From the NCBI RefSeq assembly GCF_024223415.1, contig NZ_CP100500.1: a stretch of DNA of 64,000 bases; one strand, given 5' to 3'. Numbering within the stretch: the stretch's first letter is position 1; each line of letters begins with the position of its first letter. Source of the DNA: Escherichia coli. Lineage in GTDB: Bacteria > Pseudomonadota > Gammaproteobacteria > Enterobacterales > Enterobacteriaceae. Below are positions 32,231 to 42,774 of this stretch, piece after piece. The notes beneath the pieces were generated by a model, which was not told the origin of the DNA, did no database searches, and saw nothing but the letters and a program-made list of their open reading frames with translations. Both the position numbers and the translations under genes were made by a program.

Positions 32231-32878
32231 TCAACGACCAATCACCACAACCTGACCACCGTCCCCCTCGTCTGCCGTGCTGATCTCCTGAGAAGCCACC
32301 CGCGACCCCACGCGCATTTCACCGTACAGAACCGGCAGAACATTGCCCTGAGCAACCATGTTATCCAGTGAGGAGAAATAGGTGTTCTGTTTGCCGTTAT
32401 CTGTACTGGCTGCCGTGGGCGTCCTGGCTTTCGGTGCCAGCATCTGCGCCACACCGCCCAGGATCATACTGGCCCCTGCCGCATACATGCCCGATACAGC
32501 CGCGGCACCCAGCCAGCCCACAGGGTTCCACCATGCCACCGCAATCAACGCCGCCCCCAGCACCACCTGAAATACACCGCCACTTTTAGCCCCCGCCAGA
32601 CGCGGCACGATATGGATCACGGCACCATTTGCCAGCGGCTCATTAAGACGGGCAGATAATTCGGTTTCACCTGCATCACGCCCGGCAATGCGCACCTGAT
32701 ACCAGCCATCATTCAGTTTCTGACGAAACGCCGGGACCTGTGTGGACAGCGCCCGGATGGCTTCAGCCCCCGTTTTCACACGAAGGTCGATGCGGCGGCC
32801 AAATCGTTGTAAATCCCCGTAAAGGCAGATGCGTGCCATGCCCGGTGACGCCAGAGGGAGTGTGTGCGTCGCTGCCAT
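32231..32878 (-). CDS. I: tail assembly protein I
   Basis: 215 aa; near-identical ends to lambda I (MAATHTLPLASPGMARICLYGDLQRFG...). Confidence 0.9.
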   Translation of the reverse strand: MAATHTLPLASPGMARICLYGDLQRFGRRIDLRVKTGAEAIRALSTQVPAFRQKLNDGWYQVRIAGRDAGETELSARLNEPLANGAVIHIVPRLAGAKSGGVFQVVLGAALIAVAWWNPVGWLGAAAVSGMYAAGASMILGGVAQMLAPKARTPTAASTDNGKQNTYFSSLDNMVAQGNVLPVLYGEMRVGSRVASQEISTADEGDGGQVVVIGR

Positions 32879-33519
32879 TTGTCGGTATACCTCTCTCGTT
32901 TACTCAGTTGTTCAGGAATATGGTGCAGCAGCTCGCCGTCACCACAGTAAATAGCGGCATGATTCGGCACCGATGAACCAAAACAGCACAGCAGCACATC
33001 GCCCGGCTGCGCCGCTGACAACGGCACCTGATATAGCCCCGTTGCCTCCAGATTATCCAGATAGAGATTCTGACCGTGACGCCACCAGTCATCCTCACGA
33101 TGAAAATCCGGCATCTCAATCCCCGCCAGATGGTAAGCATCCCGGAACAGCGTGTAACAGTCCGTCACCCCGTGCTCAAAGCGCCGCCCGGTGAGATGCG
33201 GCACACAGCGGAATTTATGAATCTCACCCCGGCAGACCAGCCACCACGGCAAATCACTCTGCACCTGCAGCCGCCGGTCGGCCTCACTCAGCCAGGGCAG
33301 ACCACCGGGGTGGCTGTGGACCAGCGCCACAATCTCACCCTGCATCTCTGCCCGCAGCCAGTCCTCCGGCGACATCCGGAAATACGCCTCCGGCTCACCG
33401 GAGATATTCACGCAGGGAAAATATCTTTCCCCCTCCGGTGTTCTCACCACGAAGCCGCACGACTCCGCTGGCGCACATCGCCGGGCGTGCGCCAGAATCG
33501 CTGATTCTGTCTGTGTCAT
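32776..33519 (-). CDS. K: tail tip assembly protein K (NlpC/P60-like)
   Basis: Start chosen at internal ATG (MTQTESAILAHARRC); track ORF extends to 33594 into L; overlaps I as in lambda. Confidence 0.85.
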   Translation of the reverse strand: MTQTESAILAHARRCAPAESCGFVVRTPEGERYFPCVNISGEPEAYFRMSPEDWLRAEMQGEIVALVHSHPGGLPWLSEADRRLQVQSDLPWWLVCRGEIHKFRCVPHLTGRRFEHGVTDCYTLFRDAYHLAGIEMPDFHREDDWWRHGQNLYLDNLEATGLYQVPLSAAQPGDVLLCCFGSSVPNHAAIYCGDGELLHHIPEQLSKRERYTDKWQRRTHSLWRHRAWHASAFTGIYNDLAAASTFV

Positions 33520-33523
33520 GGGA

Positions 33524-34222
33524 TTACTGCGAAAGTTTGTTAATGGAAAGGAAGCCGCCAAAGTTGCCGACGTTATTGCGAAACTTACAACCACTCAGGC
33601 ATTTGCTGCATTTATCCTTCGTGATATCGGACGTCGGCTGGTCATATTCATCAGCGACAGCCGGACCGCTATAACCGCACTCATCACCGCGATAGGTCCA
33701 GGTGCAGGTGTTGGCCAGCATGATGCGCCCCGGAAAAACAGCACCATCCGTTTCCGTCGGTGTGGAGAGCACAAAGGAGGCACTGACCGCACTCAGTTCG
33801 CTGCACTGCTCGATGCGCCAGCGGCTGATCACCTCCTGCTCCGGATCGGCGTCACTGTTTCCGTTGACGAAGTTCACCGCATCCAGAAAACGGGCGTAAA
33901 CCTTACGCCGGACCACCGTTCCTCCGACCAGACTCTGCAGGTCTTCCGCCATCCCGGTGACCATGCCGTGCAGGTTAGAAACCGTCAGTGTCGGACGGGC
34001 AGCACTGCCTTTGCCGTTCAGTTCAAATCCCGTCCCCTGAATGGGATACGCCTGATACTGTCGCCTCTGCCAGGTGACCGGCTCACCTTTATCGTTCTGC
34101 TCATTACAGAAAAAATAACGTTCTCCACCGACCACTGTCAGATCGATTTCCCAGAGCACCACCTGGGCTGACTGAGTGAGGCGTGTCGTCTCATGATGTG
34201 TTTCCTGTGGAATATCCTGCAT
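33524..34222 (-). CDS. L: minor tail protein L
   Basis: 232 aa; lambda L-like, C-terminal Cys cluster (CSKCLSGCKFRNN). Confidence 0.9.
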   Translation of the reverse strand: MQDIPQETHHETTRLTQSAQVVLWEIDLTVVGGERYFFCNEQNDKGEPVTWQRRQYQAYPIQGTGFELNGKGSAARPTLTVSNLHGMVTGMAEDLQSLVGGTVVRRKVYARFLDAVNFVNGNSDADPEQEVISRWRIEQCSELSAVSASFVLSTPTETDGAVFPGRIMLANTCTWTYRGDECGYSGPAVADEYDQPTSDITKDKCSKCLSGCKFRNNVGNFGGFLSINKLSQ

Positions 34223-34231
34223 CAGAGACTC

Positions 34232-34561
34232 CTATGCCACGACCTGTTCAAAATCTGCCGTTATGGTTACCCACAACGCCCCCACGCTTGCCGACCATTT
34301 ACGACAAACCACCCTGATCGGCTTCCAGTCATAAGGTGGCGTCCACTGAAATGCGCGGACGCCACCGTGCCGTTCCAGAAAGGCTTTTAAAGATGGGTGT
34401 TCACATTTACGAACACGTATCGTCACGCTGTAAATCGACAACTGGTTATTCAGTCCCGCCGCACGACGCTGTTCATAACCATCGCCCAGCTTCACTGTCA
34501 CCACTTTCGGCTCTGATACCACATTCATATCCGGGCGCACTTTCCAGTGAAACGTCTCCAT
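34232..34561 (-). CDS. M: minor tail protein M
   Basis: 109 aa; lambda M-like (GDGYEQRRAAGLN...FEQVV). Confidence 0.9.
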   Translation of the reverse strand: METFHWKVRPDMNVVSEPKVVTVKLGDGYEQRRAAGLNNQLSIYSVTIRVRKCEHPSLKAFLERHGGVRAFQWTPPYDWKPIRVVCRKWSASVGALWVTITADFEQVVA

Positions 34562-37500
34562 TACCGATATGCTCCACTTAACCGACCACCATCACGGGCC
34601 TGCTGTTGCATAAAGTCCGCTGCCGCTTTTTTCCCAAGGTCATAAACCACCTTCAGGGCAGCCGGACCTATCTGCCCGTTCGTGCCATCGTTATTGATCT
34701 CGATGTTGTACTGCGGGGCAAACATCGCCATACCTGAACCACCAATATCCGCCACAACCCCCAGCTTACCGTCAGCACCACGACGCAGTGGCAGAATGGC
34801 TTCAGGTCCAGCTTCCCCCATCACACCCGCGCCTTTTGCAAAAGCAAAAAACGTCGGACGGTTAACCACCGTGCCACTGTAACGACTCAAATCAGCAGAC
34901 TGATAAATCCCCCCATTGGCATTCAGGGAAAGGCTGCTGAGATCAAATCCCAGTACACTGCCAATCCCTTTTATCGATTTCATCATGGTTGCCTGCGCCA
35001 GGATTTTCGCCATATCTGACAGCACCGAAGAGGTGAAGGATTTGAAGTTGAGTTTGCCGGTAGTGACAAAAGTTGCCAGGCCATTTCCCATGTTGCTGAA
35101 GGCTGATGAGAACACCTGTTCTGCTGTTCCTGCCGTATTGTCTGCATCCACGGTAAAATCCTGAAATGCACGCAGGACTCCGTTTTTCCAGTTACCCTGC
35201 ACAACTTCAAGCTGTTGCCAGTAACGGCGATTCTCATTCAGTTGTCGGTTCAGGCTCTCCGTCAGCGCCTGCTCGGCCTTTCTGTAGTCATCCGTGTTAT
35301 ATGTCCCTTTCTGCTCACTATCCCGCCTCAACTGCTCCAGCTGTTGCTGGTATTTCTGGCGAAGACTCAGTTGTACCTGATATCGCTGCCGCTGCTGATC
35401 ACCCATACCCACCGTGGCGATATCCAGGTCATGTTGCTGACGCTGAGCGCGCTCTTCTTCAGCCAGTTGACTGGTCAGCTGAATTGTTTTTTTCTTCAGA
35501 TCGTTGAGTGCCGTTTGTTTCTGAAGCTCCTGCTGTTTTACATCCAGCAGCGTCAGTGCCTGAATCAGTTCATCTTTACGGGCCAGCACACTCTTTTCAT
35601 CTGCCGTCAGTTTTTTCCCGTCCAGGTCGCTGATGCGCTGCTGCAGAGCCAGAAGCTGTTTATGCGCTTCTGTCATCCTGTCAGTGGCAATGCCTGCTGA
35701 CTGTCTGGCAGCAGCAATCTGCCCTTCCACCTGTGCCTGTTGCTGGCTGTACTGCAGCAATAACCGGGTGGCCTCATCATTACGGGTTTCGCGTGTTTTT
35801 TTCTTACCGGATGCCAGGGCTTTCTCGTAACGTTCATTTTCACGTTGTATCGCCGCATCCCTGACAGCCTGATCGGCGTACTGCATGGCATTAATACGCG
35901 CAATTTCACGCTGATGTCGTGCTGCTTCCGTTTCATTCATCCGGTTCAGTGCAGCATTTTCAGCATTACGGCGTTTCTGTTGCTCCTGATAATTCCGCTC
36001 TGCCTGCTCTTTTGCATCCTGCAAATCCTTCTGGCGTTTTTTCTCCTGAAGCTCGTTAAGACGCTGCTGATCGTATTCAACCTGAGAAGATGATGCCGTC
36101 CAGGGGAGTCTTTTCGCCCGCGATACTTTCTCCTGCAAAGTGGCAATCTGCGCATCCAGCGAATCTTCACGACCAATATTCATGGCCGCATCCCAGAACT
36201 GCTTCCACCAGTCAGACAAGGTTTGCAGCGTACTACCCAGCGCATTGAGGTTATTATCAATATCCGCAGTACGCCGACCGGTTTCCTCTGCCAGTGCAGA
36301 CATGGCTATCCGTGCCGCATCACTGGAGCGCCCCTGCTCTCCAAGGACGCGTATCTGCTCAAGCTGAGTGGCAGTAAGAAAATGCAGCTCATTGTCCAGA
36401 GCCTTCGCGGCATTTACAGGATCATCCTTCAGCCGCTTAAACTGATTTATGGTATCGCTGATCGACTGGCCAACCGATCGCTCCATCTGTGCGGCAGCTC
36501 TCGCCACCATACCGATATCGTTTCCACGAAATGCACCACTCCCCACCACCTGAGCCAGCGCACCGGCTGCAGCATGTTGCGTGATACCATTCCCGGAAAT
36601 AGCACGACTGAGCGTCCACAGCTGCCCGGCAGTGACTCCGGCATAATGCCCCGTCAGCGACAGCTGGCGGTTAAATTCTTCCCCCTCCTTCTGACCGTCA
36701 TACCAGGCTTTACCCAGACCATAGACGGCCGCGGTAATACCGCCAATAACCCCGCCCAGCATCATGCCTTTCGGTGACATCAGTGTGTCTATCCATCCGG
36801 CACGGTTAGCCAGCGTTATCCCGGATCCCCTCAGCGCCCCTAAATTGCCGCGGGCCAGTTCACCTATCAGAACGCCTATCTCCTGGCGGGCCGCTGCACT
36901 TTTCAGACCCAGCGAATGCGTGGCTTTTCCTGCCCGCTCCATTTTGCGGATATACACTTCTGCAGCACTGCTTACCCCCAGCTGGGCAGCCCTGGCACGA
37001 AGCAACTCAGAAGAAGAAAGATTCTGGCGGGTTGCCTGCTCTTTAAGCTGACGGATAAACGCCACTTTCTGTCGGGTAGCCTCTGCCTCAGCCTGCGTAA
37101 GAACACGGGTTTTCGCCGTAACCTCAGAAATCAGCGCCAGATAATCCTGCTGACCAATCCCGCCACTGTTTCTGGCCTGTCGGATCTGCTGCTGAATACG
37201 CTGTAACTCCTGCAACCCCGCACTGGCCTGTTTCACACTGTCAATCTGACGATAAAACGCGGCAGCCGCTTTATCCTGAGCCTCCGCCAGAGCCATGGCC
37301 TGCGCCTGTTCCTCGCGCATTTTCTGGCTCAGCGCCTCCATGCGCTGGCGGGTTTTCTCCACCTCGCGGGCCATGCGTTCATGAGCCTGTGCGTTCTTCT
37401 CCACCGTCTGCGCATGGACGGATGCGGCTGTTGCAGCCGAAGAAGCCGCCTGCGTTGTCTGCCGGGCGGCCTGAGTCTGACGCTCCATAAAACGCTGCAT

Positions 37501-37656
37501 ACGGGCAGAAGACCGTTCTGCATCGCTGGCTGCACCATTCAGAAGGTTTTTGATACGGGGAATTTCATTTTTAAATTCTGCCGCATCAATCCCCAAATCA
37601 ATGACCAGGTTGGCTATCTGGTCCATAACGCACACCTCCGGAAATACCTTCCCCAA
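34561..37656 (-). CDS. tail tape measure protein (H-like)
   Basis: 1031 aa; long coiled-coil Q/A/E/R-rich protein between G/T and M. Confidence 0.9.
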   Translation of the reverse strand: MGKVFPEVCVMDQIANLVIDLGIDAAEFKNEIPRIKNLLNGAASDAERSSARMQRFMERQTQAARQTTQAASSAATAASVHAQTVEKNAQAHERMAREVEKTRQRMEALSQKMREEQAQAMALAEAQDKAAAAFYRQIDSVKQASAGLQELQRIQQQIRQARNSGGIGQQDYLALISEVTAKTRVLTQAEAEATRQKVAFIRQLKEQATRQNLSSSELLRARAAQLGVSSAAEVYIRKMERAGKATHSLGLKSAAARQEIGVLIGELARGNLGALRGSGITLANRAGWIDTLMSPKGMMLGGVIGGITAAVYGLGKAWYDGQKEGEEFNRQLSLTGHYAGVTAGQLWTLSRAISGNGITQHAAAGALAQVVGSGAFRGNDIGMVARAAAQMERSVGQSISDTINQFKRLKDDPVNAAKALDNELHFLTATQLEQIRVLGEQGRSSDAARIAMSALAEETGRRTADIDNNLNALGSTLQTLSDWWKQFWDAAMNIGREDSLDAQIATLQEKVSRAKRLPWTASSSQVEYDQQRLNELQEKKRQKDLQDAKEQAERNYQEQQKRRNAENAALNRMNETEAARHQREIARINAMQYADQAVRDAAIQRENERYEKALASGKKKTRETRNDEATRLLLQYSQQQAQVEGQIAAARQSAGIATDRMTEAHKQLLALQQRISDLDGKKLTADEKSVLARKDELIQALTLLDVKQQELQKQTALNDLKKKTIQLTSQLAEEERAQRQQHDLDIATVGMGDQQRQRYQVQLSLRQKYQQQLEQLRRDSEQKGTYNTDDYRKAEQALTESLNRQLNENRRYWQQLEVVQGNWKNGVLRAFQDFTVDADNTAGTAEQVFSSAFSNMGNGLATFVTTGKLNFKSFTSSVLSDMAKILAQATMMKSIKGIGSVLGFDLSSLSLNANGGIYQSADLSRYSGTVVNRPTFFAFAKGAGVMGEAGPEAILPLRRGADGKLGVVADIGGSGMAMFAPQYNIEINNDGTNGQIGPAALKVVYDLGKKAAADFMQQQARDGGRLSGAYR

Positions 37657-37927
37657 GATGCATCAGTTCTTCGTCCGTTCGCTCCGGTATCCCGTTCTCT
37701 TCCGGTAAAAGGCTGAAATCAGCCACCGCAGCATCACTGCTGCCGGACACCATTCTCACGATCAATGCCTTCAGCGAGGCAAACTGCGCATCCATCCACA
37801 CATCACTGAAGCTCTGCATCCGGAAATAATCGCCCCACTCACCAAGCTCAGTGGCCGACATTTCCGACAGCATCCGCCGCCAGTCTGCCCGCCTGAACTC
37901 CCGGGCAAGCCGCATGACAAACTGCAT
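37598..37927 (-). CDS. T segment of tail assembly chaperone GT (reached by -1 frameshift from G)
   Basis: ORF lies in the -1 frame relative to G and overlaps its 3' end; lambda G/GT arrangement. Confidence 0.6.
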   Translation of the reverse strand: MQFVMRLAREFRRADWRRMLSEMSATELGEWGDYFRMQSFSDVWMDAQFASLKALIVRMVSGSSDAAVADFSLLPEENGIPERTDEELMHLGEGISGGVRYGPDSQPGH

Positions 37928-37935
37928 TTCCCGCG

Positions 37936-38364
37936 TCAGGACTTTTCCGGCGTCAGCACCTCATGCTCCAAATCCCCGACATTCTCAATGGCTCCCATAC
38001 CGCTCAGCGACAGAACCATCTCCGCCCCCGCTCCCAGGGCATCATACGACCATGTTGTAATAACGGATGCGCAAAGCGTCTCAACATCCTGAGACTGTTC
38101 CGCATTCCACAGTGAGCGGGAAACCAGCCAGGCATTGATATCCATCCCCATCCGTAGAAAAGCAATCTGTCGTTCAGCCTCCGGCAGTTCTCCCTCTTCG
38201 GCATCAAACTTTGCCGTTCGCTGCTGAACAAACGCCAGATATTCAATTCTCTGCAGCCCGGACAGCTCACTGAGCACCACGGACTGCTTTTCATAATTAA
38301 ACGTGCCCTGTTTCAGAAACATCATGTTCTCCACCTGCAAAAAAGCCCCGGATAATCGGGGCAA
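37936..38364 (-). CDS. tail assembly chaperone G
   Basis: 142 aa; between major tail V and tape measure. Confidence 0.8.
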   Translation of the reverse strand: MPRLSGAFLQVENMMFLKQGTFNYEKQSVVLSELSGLQRIEYLAFVQQRTAKFDAEEGELPEAERQIAFLRMGMDINAWLVSRSLWNAEQSQDVETLCASVITTWSYDALGAGAEMVLSLSGMGAIENVGDLEHEVLTPEKS

Positions 38365-38382
38365 ATGATGAGTATCGTCCTG

Positions 38383-39201
38383 TTAACCTGCGGCGCTGAC
38401 GGCCACCGTAGCCACTGCCACAAAATCGCCGTCAGAAGTCATGCCCACAATGCTGACACTGCCCTGCTTCACGCCTTTCACCGTGACCACAAGCCCGTTC
38501 AGGGTCACCGTGGCAGTCTGTGGATCTGTCGAATGCACACTGATCGCTTTGTCACTGGCTCCGTCAGGTTTTACTGTAAAGGTCAGCGTGGTGGTTGCTC
38601 CCACTTTTACACTGGCAGATGCCGGTGCCACCGTCAGCCCGGTAACGCCCACGATTTCAGTGCCTTCTTCTGCCAGATACGGACGCCCCACACCGCTGAT
38701 TTTCACTGTGCGGGTCATCACGTCTTTTGAGGCAATGGTTTTACCCAGTGAACTCAGCCAGCCACGGAAAACATCAACAGTACCGTTGGGATATTTGATA
38801 CGAAACGCGCAGACTTCACCGGAGTCGAACAACTGAACCAGTTTTTTCTGCCCGCTGTCACCCGGACGCCAGGCCAGCGTCGCCGAAGTATCACCGACGG
38901 ATTTCTGCCCCTGGGTTGTCGTTTTCCAGTCTGCATCTTCATCATCGAGATAAGTGTCATCTTCTGCATCAGCGGTCATTTCGCCAGGCTGCAGATCCTT
39001 CACCATCGCAAGACGCAGCCAGTCAGTGTCCGATAAAGGGTTCGCAAACGCATCGCCCTTGCCGGTGTACATCCAGAACGTCGTTCCCGCACCTTTCGTT
39101 TTTGCCAGTGGATTTGGTGTGGTCATTGCCACCTCCTTAATTCGTGTACGTGATCTGGTACGTGATTTCCGCCATCGCCCAGGTGGCCATCTCATTATCA
39201 C
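38383..39201 (-). CDS. major tail protein V with C-terminal Ig-like domain
   Basis: 272 aa; C-terminal Big_2-like region (VTVKPDGASDKAISVHSTD...). Confidence 0.85.
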   Translation of the reverse strand: MIMRWPPGRWRKSRTRSRTRIKEVAMTTPNPLAKTKGAGTTFWMYTGKGDAFANPLSDTDWLRLAMVKDLQPGEMTADAEDDTYLDDEDADWKTTTQGQKSVGDTSATLAWRPGDSGQKKLVQLFDSGEVCAFRIKYPNGTVDVFRGWLSSLGKTIASKDVMTRTVKISGVGRPYLAEEGTEIVGVTGLTVAPASASVKVGATTTLTFTVKPDGASDKAISVHSTDPQTATVTLNGLVVTVKGVKQGSVSIVGMTSDGDFVAVATVAVSAAG

Positions 39202-39550
39202 GTTGATAGTTAAAACCGAGTGGGATCAGGGTGTCGATGAGTCCGGAAAGTGCCGGTACATCATTCAGGGCCGGGAAAATGGTGCTCTCCATCCACATAT
39301 CCAGCTCTGAATCCGGTGCCTGTGCCCGGATGAAGACGGCAATATGCAGAACAGCCTGCCAGTCATCTTCATCCGTCATTTTTCCGGTGTACTGAGCATC
39401 ACTCAGCCACACCGCCACGGCAGGCAGTTCCTGCGCATCAATAAATGCCGGAAGCCCGTCAAAAAATGTGGCGCTGTCTCCACACTGTTCCCGAAGGCGT
39501 GCCAGTACGGCCTGGCGGATTTGTGTATGTCGGTTCATCGGGTCAGCCAT
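39137..39550 (-). CDS. tail terminator protein (U-like)
   Basis: 137 aa; position between Z-like and V. Confidence 0.7.
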   Translation of the reverse strand: MADPMNRHTQIRQAVLARLREQCGDSATFFDGLPAFIDAQELPAVAVWLSDAQYTGKMTDEDDWQAVLHIAVFIRAQAPDSELDMWMESTIFPALNDVPALSGLIDTLIPLGFNYQRDNEMATWAMAEITYQITYTN

Positions 39551-40113
39551 AACCTCAGTTGTTGTTTCAGTGCATACCCCAGCTGTTTCGGCATTTCCGC
39601 AGCAATGATGCGCTCGCGGGCATCTTCAAATGCCTGTGTCAGCGGTCCGGACAGCGGGATTTTCACCACATCAATGGGGTAACGATTTTTGCCATCAATA
39701 CGCCGCATCACATGCCAGCGACCATTCGCCAGTTGCTGAATAAACGCATCCCGGAAAAGATATTTACCCACCTTCAGCACGCTGCCACGGTACTGCAGTT
39801 TTCCACCACGCCGGGCCAGTCTGACCCGGGCTGTCCCCAGCTTAATGGCGGGCAGATTGCCCCGGTTAACGCGGATCCTGGCCGTCATTTTTCCTGACGG
39901 ACTGGCTTTAAACACCCGGACACGCTGACGTACCAGTTTCAGGGGGATCCCTTTCACCTGGTTATCTCCCGCAACGGTATTCCCGGCAACCTGCCGGGTG
40001 GCAACCGAGACCGCTTTCTGTGCCACACGGTTTATCGCCCATGCGCTGGCCTGTGGCACCATACGGGTATCAAGGCTGTTCAGATTGCGGATGGCATTCT
40101 CAAGCCCCTTCAT
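39535..40113 (-). CDS. tail completion protein (Z-like)
   Basis: 192 aa; lambda gene order. Confidence 0.7.
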   Translation of the reverse strand: MKGLENAIRNLNSLDTRMVPQASAWAINRVAQKAVSVATRQVAGNTVAGDNQVKGIPLKLVRQRVRVFKASPSGKMTARIRVNRGNLPAIKLGTARVRLARRGGKLQYRGSVLKVGKYLFRDAFIQQLANGRWHVMRRIDGKNRYPIDVVKIPLSGPLTQAFEDARERIIAAEMPKQLGYALKQQLRLWLTR

Positions 40114-40124
40114 CCCACACCTCT

Positions 40125-40400
40125 TTACTCAATAAAGATCATTGGCTTACCGTTAAAGCGTTCATGCCGTGTGACCGTCCATTGTTGTCCGTCATAAACA
40201 ACGCGATCCCCGCGCCGTGGGCGGTATCCCGAAGAAAACACCACCAGAGAGACCGCAGGTCCGGACAGAGCATTCAGCTCTGCCAGTGTTTCTCCCGGGA
40301 TCACGGTCATATCGACATCATTAATCGAGGCTGTCTTTCCCATCTTTCTGACCGTGATAGCATCCATACGCGCTGCCAGCCGGGAAAAGGGATCAGACAT
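40125..40400 (-). CDS. head-tail joining protein (FII-like)
   Basis: 91 aa; position between head and tail modules. Confidence 0.55.
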   Translation of the reverse strand: MSDPFSRLAARMDAITVRKMGKTASINDVDMTVIPGETLAELNALSGPAVSLVVFSSGYRPRRGDRVVYDGQQWTVTRHERFNGKPMIFIE

Positions 40401-40716
40401 TGAGTTTTACCGGCACTTCTTCTGCACTGGTTCCGGCATCTGCCCAGACAACCCCGACCAGCGGATCAGAGCCGCTGTTAGTCAGCTGAACTTTTCCGGA
40501 CTTCAGATAAACCTTCTTACCCGTTTTCATGTCATCCGTTTTCAGCTTAGGCAGCATAAACACACCTTCGGTCATACCGTCGCCTGTTTCACCCTGTGGA
40601 ATATCGGTCAGCGCCACCGCAAAAACATCACCCACCTGCACCAGATCTCCGCTGCTGATGGCTGCACTGGCAACAATCGCCACCGTTTTTCCTTCTTCTA
40701 CAAAATTCTTTGCCAT
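40393..40716 (-). CDS. putative head decoration/cement protein
   Basis: ~107 aa from internal ATG (MAKNFVEEGKT); track ORF 40393..40761; directly downstream of capsid gene. Confidence 0.5.
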   Translation of the reverse strand: MAKNFVEEGKTVAIVASAAISSGDLVQVGDVFAVALTDIPQGETGDGMTEGVFMLPKLKTDDMKTGKKVYLKSGKVQLTNSGSDPLVGVVWADAGTSAEEVPVKLNV

Positions 40717-40802
40717 AACTGTCTCCACACAGCCCCGTTCAGGGGCTGATTTCAGGTACAAAAAAAGCCCTTACGGGCCATCAGAGTTGTTGTCTGCGAT
40801 GT

Positions 40803-42761
40803 TTACGCCGTACATTTCACCAGACCGCGGTGATCAACTGGCGCGACACCGGCGTCAATACGCACTTTCGTTGTCACGCCATCCACACTGAAGCCCTCCA
40901 TCTGATCAATATATGGCGTATCCACACCGTTGAGATAAGCCACTTCAATCGTATCGGAGCCTTTTGACGCAGCCAGGTAGAAGGTGGTCTGGCTGTTATC
41001 ATCAAGACGAGGCTCTGCAATAACGGTCGCAAAATCTTTCACCGGGTTAATAATACCGGCGTTAATGTCAGCCCCCTTGACACTTGAGGAGCGAATGACC
41101 TGGTTAGCAACAGACTCCATCGCCGTCGGTACCAGTACGAACGCAGGACGAATATTCAGATGACGCTCCCCCTCTTTCTGAACACGCATCAACTGGCGGG
41201 CTTTATCCAGCGATGCCACGTCCATTGCAGCGTCCTCCAGTACGTTTGCATGTTTCGCTTTATCGAACAGACTTACATTATCTGTGGAGATTTTCGGGTT
41301 AGACGTCAGAATGGCATAAACCAGATCGGCAATAGTGGATTTCGCCGCACGGCCCAGCTTCATCGGGACATCGGTCAGCATATTCAGATCATCATTGATA
41401 ATGGCCTGACGGGTGATACTGAACAGCTCGCCATAGGTCGCCAGTGCAATAGTGGCCTGTTTATCTCCGGTGGTGACGTATTTATATTCCGCCCCTTCAC
41501 GCACCTGACGCAGAGCACTGAAGCCCCCTATACCCACGCGATGGGCAATTTTAAAATCAGACAACTGACCTTTCCGCGTCCACTGTTCATAGGTTTCAGG
41601 GGCATCTTCCCAGCCCTGCAGAATGGCTTTGTTCGCAACATCCAGCAGAATATTACCGAAGTCAGACGTACTGTGTGTGAACGCCGCACCGACCATCTGC
41701 ATCGGGTTATAACCGGAAACCCCAATACCCCGTTCAGTCAGTGACATACGGGCATATTCACGCAGGGTCATCCCGTTGTAGACATTATCACGTTCGGTTT
41801 TTTCAAATCCGGCACGCGCCATCAGCGCCTGGCGGATCCCGTCCCCCACAAAATTACCGTTACCGGCATAAATATGAGCCGGGGTATTTTTATTGGATGG
41901 CGTGGACTCGCGCCCCATCTCGTTCAACAGCTTTTCGCGGGCCTGCTCCAGCGAACATTCAGGATCGGCAAGACACTGAGCCTGCAGCGTCTGATAACGC
42001 CCGCCAAACATGGCAAACAGATCATTAATACCGTTTACACGCGCTTTTTGCTCTGCCAGTACCTGCGCACGGATACTGTTTTCATCCACCACGGGTGCTG
42101 CTGCCTGCACTGGCGTCCGGGAGGCTGCAGGTTCATTATCCTGTACGCGTGGAGCACTGTTGCGTGGCGGAGTAATCATGTTTCGAATGGATTCCGGCAT
42201 CTTTTTAAATTCCTCTGTACGTTTTGACTGAATACATGCCATTGCCTTAACGGCTGGCGTCACCTGATCAGCAAATCCATGTGCCAGACATTCGGCACCG
42301 GACATCCAGGTCTCATCCGCCAGCATGGCAGCAATTTCATCGGTGGTTTTCCCGGTTTTCTGTGCATAAGCGGGTAACAGAACCGCCTCAACCTTATCGA
42401 GCAGGTCGGCATAGGTGCGCATGTCCTCCGCATCACCGCCCGTAAAGCCAAATGGTTTATGAATCATCATGAAGGTGTTTTCCGGCATAATGACCGGTTT
42501 TCCCACCATCGCAATGACCGACGCCATTGACGCCGCCACACCGTCGACATAAACGGTAATGGACGCACCATGTGTTTTCAGCGCATTAAAAATGGCGATG
42601 CCTTCAAAGACATCGCCACCCGGTGAATTGATATGGAGATTAATGTGGGTGATATCGCCCAGTGCATTCAGATCACTGATAAACTGCTTCGCTGTAACAC
42701 CCCAGAAACCAATCTCGTCATAAATATAAATATCCGCGTCACTCTGGTGACCAGCCTGCAT
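40803..42761 (-). CDS. prohead protease (ClpP-like) fused to major capsid protein
   Basis: ~653 aa from internal ATG (MQAGHQSDADIYIYDEIGFWG); track ORF extends to 43022 into portal; ClpP-like N-terminal half, capsid-like C-terminal half. Confidence 0.8.
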   Translation of the reverse strand: MQAGHQSDADIYIYDEIGFWGVTAKQFISDLNALGDITHINLHINSPGGDVFEGIAIFNALKTHGASITVYVDGVAASMASVIAMVGKPVIMPENTFMMIHKPFGFTGGDAEDMRTYADLLDKVEAVLLPAYAQKTGKTTDEIAAMLADETWMSGAECLAHGFADQVTPAVKAMACIQSKRTEEFKKMPESIRNMITPPRNSAPRVQDNEPAASRTPVQAAAPVVDENSIRAQVLAEQKARVNGINDLFAMFGGRYQTLQAQCLADPECSLEQAREKLLNEMGRESTPSNKNTPAHIYAGNGNFVGDGIRQALMARAGFEKTERDNVYNGMTLREYARMSLTERGIGVSGYNPMQMVGAAFTHSTSDFGNILLDVANKAILQGWEDAPETYEQWTRKGQLSDFKIAHRVGIGGFSALRQVREGAEYKYVTTGDKQATIALATYGELFSITRQAIINDDLNMLTDVPMKLGRAAKSTIADLVYAILTSNPKISTDNVSLFDKAKHANVLEDAAMDVASLDKARQLMRVQKEGERHLNIRPAFVLVPTAMESVANQVIRSSSVKGADINAGIINPVKDFATVIAEPRLDDNSQTTFYLAASKGSDTIEVAYLNGVDTPYIDQMEGFSVDGVTTKVRIDAGVAPVDHRGLVKCTA

Positions 42762-42774
42762 CCTGAACCAGGAA

